Source of the DNA: Selaginella moellendorffii
Lineage: Eukaryota > Plantae > Lycopodiophyta
Assembly (NCBI RefSeq): GCF_000143415.4
Contig: NW_003314296.1
Location: forward strand, 601,645 to 665,644
DNA: 64,000 nt
Direction: 5' to 3'
The notes beneath the pieces are model-generated. The model did not search any database. It was not told where the DNA came from and saw only the letters and a program-made list of their open reading frames with translations. Shown here piece by piece: positions 60,689-64,000 of the stretch (positions are counted from its first letter, which is position 1; the number at the start of each line of letters is the position of its first letter). Made by a program: the position numbers and the translations under genes.

Positions 60689-62169
60689 ATGGCGATGGCG
60701 ATGGAGCTGAATGCCGCCAAAGCTCTGCTTAGTTGCTGCCATAGGAGGATCACCCGTGCAACGTACTGTTCTGCTAAAGGGAGGCTAGCATTAGCGGCAG
60801 CGCAAGAGCAAGCGGTATGATTTTCTTCATGAATTCTTCCTTTATTTAATTTTCTCGTTCTCCAGCTTGTCCCGCAGCCAAAGATCGAATCCGGGCTTTA
60901 CTTGGTCGCTACTCCAATAGGAAATCTCGAAGACATCACAATGCGGTGTGTTCTCGTTTACTTTTTTTTCTTTCTTTTCTTCCTGCCTACTGCTCTAAAA
61001 GTATTCTCGTTTCTTTGTTTTCCTGGCTCCAGCGCCTTGAGAGTATTACGATCAGTTGATCTGATACTGGCAGAGGATACAAGGCACTCTTCAAAGCTGT
61101 TGCAGCATTACGATATCAAAACTCCAAAGGCTGGTTCTCAAGTATGTTTCCTTTAGAAAGAAAAACTGTTTGTTTTTTCTTTCCAGATGAGCTATCACAA
61201 GTTTAACGAGCAAACGAGACAAGAGGAAATCCTGGAAAGACTGGCAAACCGTGAGGCATTGGCCCTTGTGAGCGATGCCGGAATGCCAGGAATCAGTGAT
61301 CCTGGTGCTGAGCTAGTACGCTCCGTTTTTTTTTTCCTTCTCAGTTTCCTCTTCGTGCTAACGTGATGTCTATCAGGTTAGAGCTTGTATCGAGGAGAAC
61401 TATAAAATAATACCAGTTCCCGGACCATCTGCAGCTCTAACAGCACTAATCGCCTCCGGACTACCAACAAACGAGTTCTCGTTTGGTGAGTCTTTCGTGC
61501 CTACGGGTTTTGTTTCTTTATGAGCGTTTGCTAACAAAAAGCCAGGCTGAGGCAGTAGGATTTCTATCGACGCATGCGAGCACCAGGCACAAACGGCTCC
61601 TTGTTGCTGCGGAAGAGACATCGACACAGATTTTTTTCGTTCCTCCAAACAAGCTTTGCAGCATACTCGCAGAATGCGCCACTGCTTTTGGCTCGAACAG
61701 GTTGGTTAGCACTAGGCTGTGTCATTCTAATTTCTCTTTTGCCAGGCATTGTGTGGTCGCAAGGGAGTTAACAAAGATCTACGAAGAGGTAAATAACTGT
61801 TTTCAAGAAGTTTGTTACTTTCTGACGACGATTGAAACAGTTTTGGCGCGGAACACTTGGCAAAGCGCAAGCTCGTTTTAAAGAAAGCGAGCCTCGAGGA
61901 GAAGTTACTCTGCTGATTGACGGATTACCAGCAAGAGCTGCCGAGAGGTTCCCGAGCAACGAAGAACTGGAAGATAGACTTGAAATACTGTTCGAATCTG
62001 GAAAGAGCTTGTCCGAGGTGAATATTGTGGTGATTTATAAAGCGCTGAAAATTCTATGCAGGCTGTGAAAGAGGTGAGCGAGGAAACTTTTGTGAGGCGA
62101 AACTCAGTGTACTCTCTTGCACTGAAAGTGCTGAAGAAAGACAAGTCAAAAAGCGAGGATAGCAGCTAA
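60689..62169 (+). CDS. rsmI: RsmI-like rRNA small-subunit methyltransferase (tetrapyrrole methylase family), organellar
   Basis: [54 protein letters not shown] and PRGEVTLLI. Transit-peptide-like N-terminus. Confidence 0.93.
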
Positions 62170-62254
62170 TCTGGTTTGTAAGAATCTCAGATTTGGATAG
62201 CAAAAAAACTCTACGCTTGTTATATACTATGCACGTATTCTCAATGTTTTTTGG

Positions 62255-63060
62255 AGAGATTCTTTGGAACTGCGTACGGCGTCCATCCAAATCAAGTAGG
62301 CTTACTTATGGTTTGAATTGCTTTCCAAGTTTCTCAGCAGCTGGAGCAACTTACACCTCGAAGCATTTTGGTGTTATAAAGAGAAGAGAAAGCCTAATAT
62401 GGGTGTAAGCTCGTTTGCACAGGACACAGGATGACGGCACGGGCATATTTCGAGTTGTGTAATCGGCACGGGTCTCTTGTCATACCTGTATTATATTTAC
62501 ATACTAACCAAGGCACGGATAGGTTGTTTGGAGCCGTCATATTACAAATTTGAGTGCTCCTTGCTACTAAAAGTTTTTGAGAAAGAACAGGGAGCTGCAG
62601 CTCTTGCGCTTAAACGATTCTTGGTTGTTTTTCTTAGAGATGATATAATGAAGCAGGTCGCTCTACAGAACACAACATGGTGAGCCAGAATTGTTCATGG
62701 TTTAAAACCGTGTGCCATGATTTCTTTGGGCCTGGTTTTCAATGGGAATGGAGGCAACACAGAGGAGTACATTAGAACTCTTTCTTCTGCGTTTCAGATC
62801 TTATTAGGCTGGCAAAATCAACGTTGGAAGATCGCTTCTTTCTCTTTAGTCGTGTAGAATTGTGGAGGAACTGCTGCTGCGTCAGGGATAAGGGTGGATT
62901 GGGCGGTGTTTGCTGCCCAAAGTTCTTTAGCTGCAGAAGCAAGTAGGGATGCAGGTTTTTTTTTCTTCGTTTTCTTGCTCTCCAGTCAAAGCAGATGGCT
63001 TCGTCTGTGCAAGTACTACGAGATTTGACAAGCTTGCGGTGGTGGTACTAGGTCTTGAGG
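62255..63060 (+). pseudogene. Second, more decayed papain + coiled-coil-ORF remnant
   Basis: FSAAGA and DDIMKQVALQ fragments. GGATTGGGC motif shared with ~51468. GTACTACGAGATTTGACAAGCTTG (63013) matches 51636-51659. Confidence 0.45.
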
Positions 63061-63424
63061 AACTTGTTATTAAAGATTCAAACTGTAAATTAAAATTAAT
63101 TTTCATGACTACTGGAATTTTGTAGCCTAAATCCATCTGACAACTACTATCAGTGAGAGAAGCACTCGATTTGGGGGATAAGTGTTAGCAGTAAATATCC
63201 AAAATGTATAAAAGTTTAGTGATTTTAATCTAATAGTCACTTCTTTGCAACACCTTGTTGATCTTCGATGTACCTGGAAAGAAACCATTCCATCAAAACA
63301 TTAAGTAGCTAAGCAAATTATGTACCTCACTCTTGTTACTTGAGGCTGCAACGACCTGAAAGAAGTCTCTTCCAGAACATTTTTATCTAAAGAGTTACCT
63401 TAATACTTTAAATTTTATAATTGT

Positions 63425-63846
63425 AATTTAATATAAACATTATAAACTTTAAAGTATTAAAGTTATGGCATAATGTTTATATTAAATTATAAATGAAAAT
63501 TAAGCTCAACTCTTCAACTCTTCAATTCATGAGCACCTCTTTTTCTAATTGGTTATGGGTTTTAGGATATTTAGGGTTTAACTTCAGATTGATGTAATTT
63601 AATATGACATTATTCTTATTAAATTAGTTAGCACCTGTTTAATATAAATATTATAAACTTTAAAGTATTAAGGTCATGGCAAACTTAGTTTATAATGTTT
63701 ATATTAAATTACAATTGAAAATTGAGCTCAATTATTTAACTTTTCAATTCATGAGCACCCTTTCAGGATATTTAGAATTTGACTTCAGATTGATGTAATA
63801 TTTAATATGACATTAGAATATATTCTTATTAAACTCGTTAGAACCT
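63425..63846. repeat. ~210-bp AT-rich tandem duplication (2 copies)
   Basis: ATTATAAACTTTAAAGTATTAA, TTCAATTCATGAGCACC and ACTTCAGATTGATGTAAT each occur twice, in the same order. Confidence 0.85.
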
Positions 63847-64000
63847 CCATAATAAAGAAGAATTATGCAGGGGGTCTCACATTCCCACCACCATGAAAGA
63901 CTTATATGTCTCATCATGCTGTGATCATTTCATTATTGAAGTGGAAGAATTTGATTAGTTGTACTACTTGATAAGTTTTGACTTTTAAAATAGATAATTT

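Noticed and set aside
14808-62169. Apparent RNA-modification cluster (RRP8, RRP43, ALKBH10-like, NSUN5, RsmI)
   Set aside because: The genes are spread over 47 kb among unrelated genes and act in different compartments. Chance is sufficient.

Overview
Eukaryotic, gene-dense land-plant DNA. Introns are ~50-65 nt, exons are GC-rich, intergenic gaps are often under 250 bp, and the PPR gene is short-motif-rich PLS class. Together these point to the lycophyte Selaginella (inference). About 25 genes are recognisable: SLDP-like, PIF1, glutaredoxin-domain, PPR, F-box, GT47, RRP8, fimbrin, MUTYH, neprosin-like, CCNDBP1-like, RRM, B3, MYB-CC, KH/STAR, RRP43, ALKBH10-like, DUF3143, HAP8/EMF1-like, GPAT, SR protein, NSUN5 and RsmI. 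The last ~14 kb is a rearranged accessory island. It holds four copies (two intact, two decayed) of a secreted protein that fuses an unrecognised ~170-aa N-terminal domain to a degenerate bulb-type lectin. It also holds a stand-alone ORF with two LINE-ORF1-like modules, two papain pseudogenes, nested inverted duplications and a partly inverted copy of the NSUN5 3' end. Other notable items: tandem symmetric micro-exons in the F-box gene, a neprosin with no pro-domain and Arg at a catalytic Glu position, and a likely spliced 85-nt spacer linking two tandem genes. All family calls and exon boundaries were made by eye, without database searches.
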